DNA from: Acidimicrobiales bacterium
Lineage (GTDB): Bacteria; Actinomycetota; Acidimicrobiia; Acidimicrobiales; Bog-793
Reading direction: 5' to 3'
Length of the DNA stretch: 64,000 nt
Assembly: GCA_049510975.1 (NCBI GenBank)
Contig: JBEKYM010000007.1
Coordinates: 83,410-147,409, forward strand
Shown here: piece by piece, positions 46,165 through 55,154 of the stretch
Position numbering within the stretch: the stretch's first letter is position 1
How the letters are laid out: the number at the start of each line of letters is the position of its first letter
Made by a program: the position numbers and the translations under genes
Notes under the pieces: generated by a model
What the model was told of the DNA's origin: nothing
Database searches by the model: none
Seen by the model: the letters and a program-made list of their open reading frames with translations, nothing else

Positions 46165-48516
46165 ATGGAGCCACCCGACCTCCCGCTCCGCCGCCTGAAG
46201 AACCGCTTTGTGGCGGCGGTCCTCGAAGGCAGTCTCGAGCCTGTCGACCTGCCGGCCGCGTACGCCAACGGCGTGGACGGGTGGCTGGAGGGAGTCTTCG
46301 AGGAAGCCGTCGGCTCACGGGGATCCGGCTACGCACTCGTGGGCGTCGGGGGCTACGGGCGCGGGGAGCTGTGTCCCGGGAGCGATCTCGATCTGACGCT
46401 GCTCCACCAGCGCAAGCGCAACGTCCGGGAAGTCGCCGACCGGATCTGGTACGCCATCTGGGACAGCGGTGTGATGCTCGATCACAGCGTCAGGACGCCG
46501 AAGGAAGCGATGTCGGTCGCCCGCGAGGATCTGCGAGCACTCCTCGGACTGCTCGACGGCCGGCTCATCGCCGGAGATGCCGAGATCGCCTCGGGACTGT
46601 TGGCCGGTGTCGACGAATTCTGGCGGACGCATGCGCGCGACCGTCTCCCGGATCTGGCTGCAGCCGGGCGGGAGCGACGCGAGCGCTTCGGGGAGCTGGC
46701 GTTCCTGCTCGAACCCGACTTGAAGGAGTCAGCCGGCGGCCTGCGGGATCTCGCCGCGCTGTCCCTTGCCGCCCGGGCGGTCCCACCCCTGGCGCGCGTG
46801 CTCGTGCCGGACGTGCTGGCGTCGCACCGCCAGCTCTTGCTCGGCGCCCGGGTGTGCTTGCAGGCCCGCACGGGGTCCTCTGCCGACCGGCTGCTCCTGC
46901 AGGAGCAGGACGAGATCGCTCCCATGCTCGGCTTCGGCGACTCGGATGCCCTCATGGGCGCCATCTCGGCCGCCGGCCGCGAAGTCATGTGGGCCGCCAG
47001 CGACGGGTGGCGCCGGACGGAGTCCTACCTGGCCGGTCCGCTCGGCCGGGCCGGCGGGCGTGATCTCCCCGTCGGCGACGGCGGCGACGGCGTCGTGCTT
47101 CGCGACGGCGAGATCGCCGTCACGCAGGCGTCCGAGACGATCGTCGACGGCTCACTTCCGCTCCGCGTCGCCGGCGCCGCGGCCGAGTACGACCTGCCGA
47201 TCGCCACGTCGACACTCGACAAGCTCGTCGCCTCCCCGGTCGTCACGCCGACGCCGTGGAGTGGCGAGCTCCGCCAGTGGTTCGTCTCCTTGCTGGAGTA
47301 CGGAGCCGCAGCCACCCCGGTGATCGAGGTGCTCGACCAGTACCACCTGCTCGAGCGTTTGCTCCCCGAGTGGCTGGCGGTGCGACATCGGCCGCAGCGC
47401 AACGCCTACCACCGCTTCACCGTGGACCGCCACCTGCTCGAGGCCGTCGCCCAAGCCGCCCCATTGATCCGCTCCGTACGCAGGCCGGACCTGCTGCTCG
47501 TGGGCGCGCTCCTGCACGACATCGGCAAGGGCCGGGGCGGTGACCACAGCCAGATCGGAGAGGAGATCGCCGTCGCCATGGCAGCTCGGATGGGTTTCTC
47601 GGGCGAGGACGTCGAAGTCATCGCCCGTCTCGTTCGTCACCACCTGCTCCTTGCCGACACGGCCACGAGACGCGACCTCGACGACCCGGCAACCATCTCG
47701 GCCGTGGCGGCTGCAGTCGCCGACCGCCAAACGCTCGAGATCCTGGCCGCCCTCACCGAAGCCGACTCGCTCGCCACCGGGACCACCGCCTGGAGCCCGT
47801 GGAAGGCGGGGCTCGTCACTGAGCTCGTCGCCGCCGTGGACGCCAAGTTGGCCGGCGCTGCCCTGCCGGCGCGGGCTCCCGCCAACACTCCGAGCCCCCG
47901 CCAGCTCGAGCTCGCCGCTGCCGGATCCCTGCAACTCGAGCTGCACGGCGACACCCTCACCGTCGTGGCCGCCGACCGCCCAGGTCTGCTCTCGCTCGTC
48001 GCCGGCACGCTGGCGCTCCACCGCCTCGACATTCGCAGCGCCGTCGCCATGGACAACGGTGCCTCCATGGCCATCGAGGTCTTCGAGCTCGCCCAGAGCC
48101 CCGGCCTGGCGGCACTCGACACCGCCCGGCTGCGGGCCGATCTCGGAAAGGCCATCTCCGGCGAGCTGCTGCTCTCGGTCCGGCTGGCCGACCTCGAGCA
48201 GGCCTATGCCCGCGGCCGCCGGCCGGCCGCCGCCCGACCCTCAGAGATCCGCGTGCTCGTCGAGGCCACCTCGTCTGCGGCAACGGTCGTCGAAGTCCGA
48301 GCTCCGGACTCCCGCGGGCTGTTGCACCGGCTCACCAAGGTGCTCGCCGACTGCGGCCTCGACGTCCTGTCCGCTCGCCTGTCGACGATGGGCCACGAGG
48401 TCGTGGACTCCTTCTATGTCCGCGATTCGCGGACCGGCGCGCCTCCGGAGGGCGACCGTCTGCAAGGCGTCCTCGAACGTCTCGCCGCAGAAGTCGCCGG
48501 TGCTGGGCTGAATTGA
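46165..48516 (+). CDS. glnD: [Protein-PII] uridylyltransferase/uridylyl-removing enzyme GlnD
   Basis: Lies in ORF 45994..48516, starting at ATG 46165. It has a nucleotidyltransferase domain (GVGGYGRGELCPGSDLDL), an HD domain (LLHDIGKGRGGDHSQIGE) and two C-terminal ACT-like repeats. Confidence 0.85.
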   Translation: MEPPDLPLRRLKNRFVAAVLEGSLEPVDLPAAYANGVDGWLEGVFEEAVGSRGSGYALVGVGGYGRGELCPGSDLDLTLLHQRKRNVREVADRIWYAIWDSGVMLDHSVRTPKEAMSVAREDLRALLGLLDGRLIAGDAEIASGLLAGVDEFWRTHARDRLPDLAAAGRERRERFGELAFLLEPDLKESAGGLRDLAALSLAARAVPPLARVLVPDVLASHRQLLLGARVCLQARTGSSADRLLLQEQDEIAPMLGFGDSDALMGAISAAGREVMWAASDGWRRTESYLAGPLGRAGGRDLPVGDGGDGVVLRDGEIAVTQASETIVDGSLPLRVAGAAAEYDLPIATSTLDKLVASPVVTPTPWSGELRQWFVSLLEYGAAATPVIEVLDQYHLLERLLPEWLAVRHRPQRNAYHRFTVDRHLLEAVAQAAPLIRSVRRPDLLLVGALLHDIGKGRGGDHSQIGEEIAVAMAARMGFSGEDVEVIARLVRHHLLLADTATRRDLDDPATISAVAAAVADRQTLEILAALTEADSLATGTTAWSPWKAGLVTELVAAVDAKLAGAALPARAPANTPSPRQLELAAAGSLQLELHGDTLTVVAADRPGLLSLVAGTLALHRLDIRSAVAMDNGASMAIEVFELAQSPGLAALDTARLRADLGKAISGELLLSVRLADLEQAYARGRRPAAARPSEIRVLVEATSSAATVVEVRAPDSRGLLHRLTKVLADCGLDVLSARLSTMGHEVVDSFYVRDSRTGAPPEGDRLQGVLERLAAEVAGAGLN

Positions 48517-48607
48517 GGCGGAAAAGGCGGCTGGCGCGCGCCGGCGTCGAGCCGCCGAGCCCCTAAGCTTGCGGCTCACCGGTCCCGTATCTCATGGTGG
48601 AGATCCC

Positions 48608-50050
48608 TTGCTCAGAACTGCGAAAATCCGCCGAGCCTCCCTTCGCTCGGCCGCGGTACCCGTCGCCGCCTCGACGCTCGCTCTGTTGCTGCTGGCCGGA
48701 TGCTCGGCGCTGAGCGGGCAAGGCTCCACGTCCACGACGCGACCCAACGCGAACGTGTCGAGCTCGCATCCGCAACCCACGGGCTCGGTGCGGCCCAACC
48801 GGAACGCCACGGCGCTGGAGATCGTTTCCATCTCGCCGGCTCCGGGCGCCCAGGACGTGGGCTATGCGTCGAGCGTGACGGTGCGCTTCTCCGAGCCGCT
48901 CGCTCGGAACAGCGCCATGCCGGCGATCGCGCCGGCGCCGCCGGGCGCCTGGTCCTTCGACGGCACGAGCGCGCTCGTGTTCCGGCCTCGGGGGAACTAC
49001 GTACCGTTCACCTCGGAGAAGCTGTCGCTCCCCGGGGGGATCCACGGGCTCATCGGCGAGAACGGCGGCATCCTGCGCAAGTCGTTGACGGCGCACTTCA
49101 CGGTGGCGGGCGCCTCTGAGCTGAGGCTGCAACAGCTGCTCGCAGAGCTGGGATACCTGCCGGTCCGCTTCGTGCCGGGCGCCCACCTCACGAGCGACGT
49201 CATCGTGCCGGCGGTCGAGGGCCCGCAGGCGCCGGCGAAGACGACCACTACGACTACGTCGAGCACAACCACCACGACGACGAGCACGACCACCACCACG
49301 ACGACTCAGCCGAAGAAGACGACGACCACCACCACGACTCAGCCCAAGCCGACCACGACGACCACCACGAGTCCGCCGGTCACCACGCAGCCCGCTCCGC
49401 CGTCGACCGTCAACTCGCCGAAGCCCGGCCCGACGAAGGTCGAAGAGCCGAGCGTCGCCAGCGACATCCCCCTGTCGGCCCTGAGCGGAAGCTTCAGCTG
49501 GCGCTTCCCGAACATCCCGCCCTCGTTGGCGGCGCTCTGGGCGGCCGGCAAGTCGAACGTCGTCACGACGGGGGCCGTCATGGAGTTCGAGGCGGCTCAC
49601 GGCCTCGCCACCGACGGTATCGCCGGCCCTGCGGTCTGGCGGGACCTCCTGCAAGCGGTCGCCCATCGCGATCTCAACACCGCCCCCTACACCTATGTGT
49701 ACGTCACGACCTCGCTCCCGGAGACGGTGCACCTCTGGAGCGACGGCAAGGTGATCTTCGAGACGCCCGCCAATACCGGCATCCCGCAGTCGCCGACCCA
49801 GCTCGGCACCTGGCCGGTGTACGCCCGCTACGTCACGACGACGATGAGCGGCACCGAGCCGGGCGGCCAGCACTACAGCGACCCGGGAATCCCATGGGTG
49901 AGCTACTTCCACGGCGGTGACGCCTTGCATGGCTACCTGCGCGCCCAGTACGGGTTCCCGCAGAGCCTCGGTTGCGTCGAGATGCCGTACGCCGCCGCTG
50001 GGACCGTCTACCCCTGGACACCGCTCGGGACGCTCGTCACCGTCGAGTGA
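48608..50050 (+). CDS. L,D-transpeptidase (YkuD) lipoprotein with PG-binding domain and poly-Thr linker
   Basis: Lies in ORF 48569..50050. I prefer TTG 48608 because GGTGGAGA lies upstream. The lipobox is LALLLLAGCS and the PG-binding segment is HGLATDGIAGPAVWRDLL. The YkuD catalytic site reads HGGDALHGY...SLGCVEM. Confidence 0.8.
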   Translation: MLRTAKIRRASLRSAAVPVAASTLALLLLAGCSALSGQGSTSTTRPNANVSSSHPQPTGSVRPNRNATALEIVSISPAPGAQDVGYASSVTVRFSEPLARNSAMPAIAPAPPGAWSFDGTSALVFRPRGNYVPFTSEKLSLPGGIHGLIGENGGILRKSLTAHFTVAGASELRLQQLLAELGYLPVRFVPGAHLTSDVIVPAVEGPQAPAKTTTTTTSSTTTTTTSTTTTTTTQPKKTTTTTTTQPKPTTTTTTSPPVTTQPAPPSTVNSPKPGPTKVEEPSVASDIPLSALSGSFSWRFPNIPPSLAALWAAGKSNVVTTGAVMEFEAAHGLATDGIAGPAVWRDLLQAVAHRDLNTAPYTYVYVTTSLPETVHLWSDGKVIFETPANTGIPQSPTQLGTWPVYARYVTTTMSGTEPGGQHYSDPGIPWVSYFHGGDALHGYLRAQYGFPQSLGCVEMPYAAAGTVYPWTPLGTLVTVE

Positions 50051-50095
50051 CCCGCCGGCGGTCGCCAGCGCCCGCCCGAGCGAGGGTGGGAGCGC

Positions 50096-51058
50096 TCAGT
50101 CGAGCCGGCGAATCCCGAAGCGCCCGGACCACCGCTCGCCAGCCCCGAGCACGGTGACCGACTCGCCGCTCACGAACGCGTTGGGCGGGCACGTCATGGG
50201 CTCGACCGCAACAGCCCGGCGGCGCTCACCGGCGGCAAGGGTGTCGCCCGTGTAGCACATGACGAACGGCCAGGCGTCGTCTGCCCAGAGGGCGGTCCGG
50301 CGGCCGTCGCCTCTCGCCAGGACGGCCTGCCAGGCGGCGCCGGACCCAGGCGCAATCGGCCCGTCCGCAGCCGCCAGATCCGTGAAGCAGTCGTCGAGAC
50401 GAACCCCCGCCAGGTTCCTTCCCGCGGAAAAGTCGTACGTCGTGGCTCCGACCGGCTCCGATCCTCGCGGGAGCCCTCGCCCGTCGAGCAGGAGACGCCG
50501 GCCGGCGTGCAGCGTCAGCTTGCAGGCGTCCGCGCCACCATCGCCGGCATCGAGGTACGGGTGGAAACCCATCCCGAAGGGCGCCGCCGTATCGGAGCGG
50601 TTCTCGGCCGCAGCCGCGACGACAAGGCCTCCGTCGTCGAGCTCGTAGGTCACCTCGAGGCGGAGGCGCCACGGGTAGGCGGGCTGAGGGGCGAGCTCGC
50701 ACGACAAGGCGGCGCGAGCCTCGGTGTGCTCGACGAGGTCCCAGCAGAGCCACCGGACGAGGCCGTGAATGGCGTTGTGCCGGTCGGGCTCGTCGAGCGG
50801 CACGTGCGCCGACACGCCTCTCCACTCGTAGCTGCCGTCCTCGAGGCGGTTCGGCCATGGAGCCAGTACCTGGCCACGGCCGCCGCTCACCATGGCATCG
50901 GCGGAGTAGCCCCAGGCGACGGGCTCGCCGTCGCCGTCAAAGACCCGCAGACCGCCGCCGACCTCGGTGATGACCGCCCGCCAGGCGCCGTTGCTGATCG
51001 GGAACTGCCGGCCCGAGGGCGGCAACGCGCCACTCGAGCCCTCGGGAAGGTCGCCCAT
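50096..51058 (-). CDS. Aldose 1-epimerase (galactose mutarotase-like) family protein
   Basis: 320 aa. Segments include GGRGQVLAPWPNRLEDGSY, HNAIHGLVRW, GFHPYL and AVEPMTCPPNAF. Confidence 0.8.
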   Translation of the reverse strand: MGDLPEGSSGALPPSGRQFPISNGAWRAVITEVGGGLRVFDGDGEPVAWGYSADAMVSGGRGQVLAPWPNRLEDGSYEWRGVSAHVPLDEPDRHNAIHGLVRWLCWDLVEHTEARAALSCELAPQPAYPWRLRLEVTYELDDGGLVVAAAAENRSDTAAPFGMGFHPYLDAGDGGADACKLTLHAGRRLLLDGRGLPRGSEPVGATTYDFSAGRNLAGVRLDDCFTDLAAADGPIAPGSGAAWQAVLARGDGRRTALWADDAWPFVMCYTGDTLAAGERRRAVAVEPMTCPPNAFVSGESVTVLGAGERWSGRFGIRRLD

Positions 51059-51112
51059 GCCTCGTTATCGTAGGAGGACGACCCGTCGAGGCGGGAGAAC
51101 AAGGAGGAATCG

Positions 51113-51973
51113 GTGCGGGTCCTGGTGACCAACGACGACGGTGTCACGGCCCCAGGTCTCGCCCATCTCGCCCGGGCAGTGCGAGACCTCGGCCACGACG
51201 TCGTCGTCGCCGCCCCGATCCGGGAAGCGAGCGGGGCCGGTGCAGGCGTCGGCCCCGTCCACACGATGGGCGAGGGCATCGTCGTCGAGCGCGCCGAGAT
51301 CGAAGGCCTCGAGGACGTCGTCACCTTCGGCGTTGATGCGCTCCCGGCCCTCATCGTCCTCGTATCGTGTCTCGGGGCCTTCGGTCCACCACCGGATCTC
51401 GTCGTCAGCGGGATCAACCCGGGACGCAACGTCGGGCGGGCGGCGCTGCACTCGGGAACGGTCGGGGCCGCCTTGACGTCGGTGCACTTCAACAAGCGCG
51501 CCCTCGCCATGAGCGTCCAATCCGGGCCGTTCTCCGGCTTCGAGTCCGCCGGCGACGGCCGCATCCACTTCGACACTGCCGCCACGATCGCCTCGGTGCT
51601 GCTGGCCGGCCTCGCCGTCGCCCCCTCCCGCACGGTCATCAACTGCAACGTGCCAAACCTGCCCGTCGACGAACTGCGGGGCATCCGGCGCGCCCACTTG
51701 GCCCGGTCCGGGCTCGTCCGCTCTGCGGTCGTGGACGAAGCGACCGGCACGCGGATGCAGCTCGAGCTCGGCTTCGCCAGCCCCCAGCGAGGAGACGACA
51801 GCGACGAAGCGCTCAGCACGCTCGGCTACGTCACCGTCACACCGCTCGCGAGCGTCAGCGAAGACGTCCGGCCCGAGGTTCGCGACGCCGTCGGACAGTC
51901 CATCGCCTCGGCCGGCATCGCCCTCGGGGTCACCGACCAGCCGGCGCCTGGGGAAGCAGGCGGCGCAGCCTGA
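51113..51973 (+). CDS. surE: 5'/3'-nucleotidase SurE
   Basis: 286 aa. It has [31 protein letters not shown]-like HSGTVGAA and NCNVPN. Confidence 0.9.
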   Translation: MRVLVTNDDGVTAPGLAHLARAVRDLGHDVVVAAPIREASGAGAGVGPVHTMGEGIVVERAEIEGLEDVVTFGVDALPALIVLVSCLGAFGPPPDLVVSGINPGRNVGRAALHSGTVGAALTSVHFNKRALAMSVQSGPFSGFESAGDGRIHFDTAATIASVLLAGLAVAPSRTVINCNVPNLPVDELRGIRRAHLARSGLVRSAVVDEATGTRMQLELGFASPQRGDDSDEALSTLGYVTVTPLASVSEDVRPEVRDAVGQSIASAGIALGVTDQPAPGEAGGAA

Positions 51974-52601
51974 CCGGGATCCATCCGTCGCACGGCAACC
52001 GCCCGCCGGCCGAGCCTCGCCTGACTGGGGACAGCTCCACTGCCCGCCGGTGTGAGACAGCTCGATGCTGTGCGGCCTGAGGCTTCTGTGACATTTGAGG
52101 CATAAGTGGCTGATGTGACCAATGTGGACAAGAAAATTCTCAGCGCTCCCTCCCTGGTCACGCAAGCTGTTGTTGACAAAACCGTGACGATTCCTGAAGG
52201 AGAGTTGCCTTTGAGTGACGGCCGTCGCTAGGGTTTGAGTCACACCAACTGTCACAGACGGACGGTGCCAAGCGTCCGGGAGAGGCAACTTCCGGATCAC
52301 GGGCGCGGTATTCGCGACCCTGCACGGCATGTCTTGAGTCCAGGTGCGCGCGCCCCGAGCGTGCCCGCCGGTACCGCCGTCATGATCTCCGGCCCGAACG
52401 AAAAAGGGTCGAGAAGGAGCCGCAGACAGCATTCAACCCAGGGCCGTCCCCGTCTGCACCTCGTATGGAGGCCAAAAGACCCCCCGATCCGCCCGCCCTT
52501 CCGGCGCCGAGTCACGAGTCGCATGCAACGAGACGGGATGCCCGCATCAAAGCACCCACCTGGAGCCCAACGGGTTTCCGATCTCCACAGGAGGAGCACA
52601 G

Positions 52602-53240
52602 ATGCGCAAGCACCCCCTGATCGCGCTGACCGCGTTCACTGCGCTCACCGCGAGCGCCGTTGCCGGTGCAAGTACCGGCAACTTTTCAGCCACTTCCGTA
52701 TTGGCGAGCGCTCGGACCAACCATCTGAGCCGCCCGTCTGCAGTGCACCTGTCAGAGCTTGACGTTTCCCTCAGCGCTGACTCGGCCTCGTCGACTCGCG
52801 GGTTCACTCGCGATCTCGTGGCCAGCCACGACCTCAACCGTCCGGCAGGGCTCCACCTGAGCTCCGTATCGGGCCAACCGGTCGCGACCAAGCCGAAGCC
52901 CAAGCCCAAGCCACACGTCGTCGAGGAAGCTCTGGCACCGGTCGCCCCGGCGCCGGCGCCAGTCGTGACGACCACCACAGCACCGCCGGTTGTCACGGCG
53001 CCTGCCGGTGGGGTCTGGTACGAGCTCCGCATGTGCGAGTCCGGCGGCAACTACGCCGAGAACACGGGCAATGGTTATTACGGCGCCTACCAGTTCGCAT
53101 TGTCGACCTGGTACGGCCTCGGGTTCACCGGCCTCCCAAGCGATGCCTCGCCGGCAACGCAGGACGCCGCCGCCGCCGAGCTGCAAGCAGAGGCAGGATG
53201 GGGACAATGGCCCTCCTGTTCGGCCCAGCTCGGCCTTTGA
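52602..53240 (+). CDS. Resuscitation-promoting factor (Rpf) domain protein
   Basis: 212 aa. It has a signal peptide, a (KP)n/Pro-Thr-rich linker and a C-terminal Rpf lysozyme-like domain (WYELRMCESGGNYAENTGNGYYGAYQFALSTW). GGAGGAG lies upstream of the ATG. Confidence 0.85.
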   Translation: MRKHPLIALTAFTALTASAVAGASTGNFSATSVLASARTNHLSRPSAVHLSELDVSLSADSASSTRGFTRDLVASHDLNRPAGLHLSSVSGQPVATKPKPKPKPHVVEEALAPVAPAPAPVVTTTTAPPVVTAPAGGVWYELRMCESGGNYAENTGNGYYGAYQFALSTWYGLGFTGLPSDASPATQDAAAAELQAEAGWGQWPSCSAQLGL

Positions 53241-53296
53241 CGACGCGGACGGGCCACCGGAACCTTCGGTGATCTGACGTGTCAGAGCAGTGTCAT

Positions 53297-53327
53297 GACA
53301 GCCGGGTGCCAAAGGTACCCGGCTGTC
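53297..53327. terminator. Perfect 11-bp-stem hairpin between convergent genes (no U-tract)
   Basis: GACAGCCGGGT-GCCAAAGGT-ACCCGGCTGTC. It lies 57 nt after the rpf stop and 22 nt after the end of the minus-strand gene at 53349. Confidence 0.45.
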
Positions 53328-53348
53328 ACGCGTCTGCGGGAAGCCCGT

Positions 53349-53714
53349 CTAGCGGCGGCGAGCCACGGGTTGACGATCGCCCGGACGCCAGGCGTTGGCG
53401 AGGTTCACGAGCACGATGCCTCCCCAAGCCACGGCGAGTCCCGGAAGGTGCCCGAAGTTGCCGGCGATGGCGCTGATCGGGATACCGAGGGTCAGCGAGG
53501 AGAGGGCGAGGAAGGTCCCGCCACGGTGACTGCGCGACCGCATGGGCGAACGCGAGCTGACCTGGGCGATGCGCATGTCGACCCGCTCGTCGATCTCGGA
53601 GGTGACTCGCTCGACGACCGACTCGACGAAGGCTTGGTCGTACTCGTCGCCGAGCTCCTTTCGTGCTCCGAGAAGCGCTGACCACTCTTGATGCCGCCCG
53701 TCGCCCGTCGCCAT
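53349..53714 (-). CDS. Hypothetical membrane protein
   Basis: 121 aa with an acidic helical N-terminal half. The C-terminal half has two hydrophobic segments (TFLALSSLTLGIPISAIAG, GLAVAWGGIVLVNLA). Confidence 0.5.
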   Translation of the reverse strand: MATGDGRHQEWSALLGARKELGDEYDQAFVESVVERVTSEIDERVDMRIAQVSSRSPMRSRSHRGGTFLALSSLTLGIPISAIAGNFGHLPGLAVAWGGIVLVNLANAWRPGDRQPVARRR

Positions 53715-53745
53715 CGCGCGAGAGTCGCGCCAAGCGGCGTTGCCG

Positions 53746-54885
53746 TCAAGCCCCAGTCGGCTCGCCGACCGGCGAGCGACCGTGTTCGGGTCGTGGTCGA
53801 CGCATGGAGAAACGCTCCATCGGGATCGCCGGTGTCACACCTTGGGCGAGGTCGGCGAGGATCTCGCCCCAGAGCGGTCCGAATTTGAAACCGTGCCCGG
53901 ACGTGCCGGCTCCGACGACGAGGCGGCCCAGCCGCTCGATGACGAAGTCCTCGTCCGGCGTGTTGTCGTAGAAGCACCGCTCCGTCGCCAGCGGCCGAGG
54001 ATCGAGGGCCGGGATGAGGCGCTCGACCGCCGACACGAGGAGCGCGAGCGCGGCCGCGTCGACGTCCAGATCGACGCTGCCGGGGCGCACGGTGGCCCCC
54101 GGGTCGTGGACTCCCACCTTGTACTGTCCGCTCGCCGGCGTCGGCACGCCGTAGTAGGTGACCGGCCCGCGCTCGACGAACGCCGGCAGGCACGCCAGCC
54201 CGCGCGCCGGCGGCCCGAAGTAGGCGACTTGCTGCAGGCTCGGCCGGAACACCGTCGCCTGAGGCAGGCCTGTCAGGCTTGCAAGCTCTCCGGAGAAGGC
54301 TCCTGCGCAGAGCAGAGCGACCTCGCACTCGAGCACGCTTCCGGCGAGGTCGATCCGCACGCGATCATCGAGCTCCGTCAGCGATTCGGCACGTGTGCGC
54401 TGGCGGATCTCCGCACCGTCGGCGCGAGCCGAGTCGGCGAGAACGGCCAGGATCCTGTCGGCGCGGAGCACGCCGGCGGAAGCCTCGAACACGGCTCGGC
54501 CACCGATGGCGAATTCGGGGAACCGCTCGGCCAGAGCCTCCTCACCGAGGATCTCCGCCCTCGCACCGGCGCCATCCATGGCGGCTGCGAGCTCGTCCAC
54601 GCGCTCGCCGAACGACAGCAGCCCGAACGTCTCGAGGAGGGGCTCAGATGCCTCGTCGCCGAGCGAGTGCCAGCCGGCCAGGCTTCGCATCGCCATCTCC
54701 ACGTAGAGGGGGTCGTCGTAGCCGAAGCGGAAGATGCGCGAGGTCCCCTTCGAGCCCGATCGATCGTGGCCGATCGTCGCCTGCTCGACGCAGACGACAT
54801 CACCACCGCGGCGCGCCAGCTCGCGGGTGGCCGCCAGCCCGACGAGCCCCGCTCCGACGACGACGAACTCGTGCCGATCGGCCAT
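53746..54885 (-). CDS. FAD-dependent amine oxidase (DAO family; sarcosine/N-methyltryptophan-oxidase-like)
   Basis: 379 aa. The dinucleotide-binding N-terminus is FVVVGAGLVGLAATRELARRGGDVVCVEQ. The C-terminal segment is GTSGHGFKFGPLWGE. Confidence 0.8.
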   Translation of the reverse strand: MADRHEFVVVGAGLVGLAATRELARRGGDVVCVEQATIGHDRSGSKGTSRIFRFGYDDPLYVEMAMRSLAGWHSLGDEASEPLLETFGLLSFGERVDELAAAMDGAGARAEILGEEALAERFPEFAIGGRAVFEASAGVLRADRILAVLADSARADGAEIRQRTRAESLTELDDRVRIDLAGSVLECEVALLCAGAFSGELASLTGLPQATVFRPSLQQVAYFGPPARGLACLPAFVERGPVTYYGVPTPASGQYKVGVHDPGATVRPGSVDLDVDAAALALLVSAVERLIPALDPRPLATERCFYDNTPDEDFVIERLGRLVVGAGTSGHGFKFGPLWGEILADLAQGVTPAIPMERFSMRRPRPEHGRSPVGEPTGA

Positions 54886-55154
54886 TGCCGAGACACTAGG
54901 GGGTCGCTTCCTGCCGCGAATGCCCCAGCGCCCGAGCAGGGCTCCACGAGGGTTCCGGCAGCGGCGGCGGGGTGGACCGCCCTCTACACTGGCTTCATGG
55001 TGCGTTGCGTGAGGCGATTTTTCTGCCCCCCGGCCCTATTCGGGCCTGCCGGGGGGCGCACCGCCGACACCATCGGCTGAGCGCGCGGCCTTCTCGGCGG
55101 TCCCGGGGGCTGGGGGGTGCTCCCCCACCCATCCCATCCGAGAAGGAGCCTCAC

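Noticed and set aside
52260-52601. ydaO-type c-di-AMP riboswitch upstream of rpf (a known association in Actinobacteria).
   Set aside because: I found only a partial resemblance (CCCGTCTGCACCTCGTATGGAGG versus the conserved CCCGUCAGCUAACCUCGUAAGCG). The highly conserved CAGCUAAC and the paired GGGGA/ACCC elements were not found. I cannot call it without a covariance-model scan (Rfam RF00379), so it stays unresolved rather than excluded.
54960-55010. T-box riboswitch in the PheS-like leader, suggested by GGGTGGACCGCC.
   Set aside because: The element lacks one nucleotide relative to the T-box core GGGUGGNACCGCG. I also found no convincing Stem I/specifier loop presenting a UUC codon. GC-rich DNA produces such near-matches by chance.
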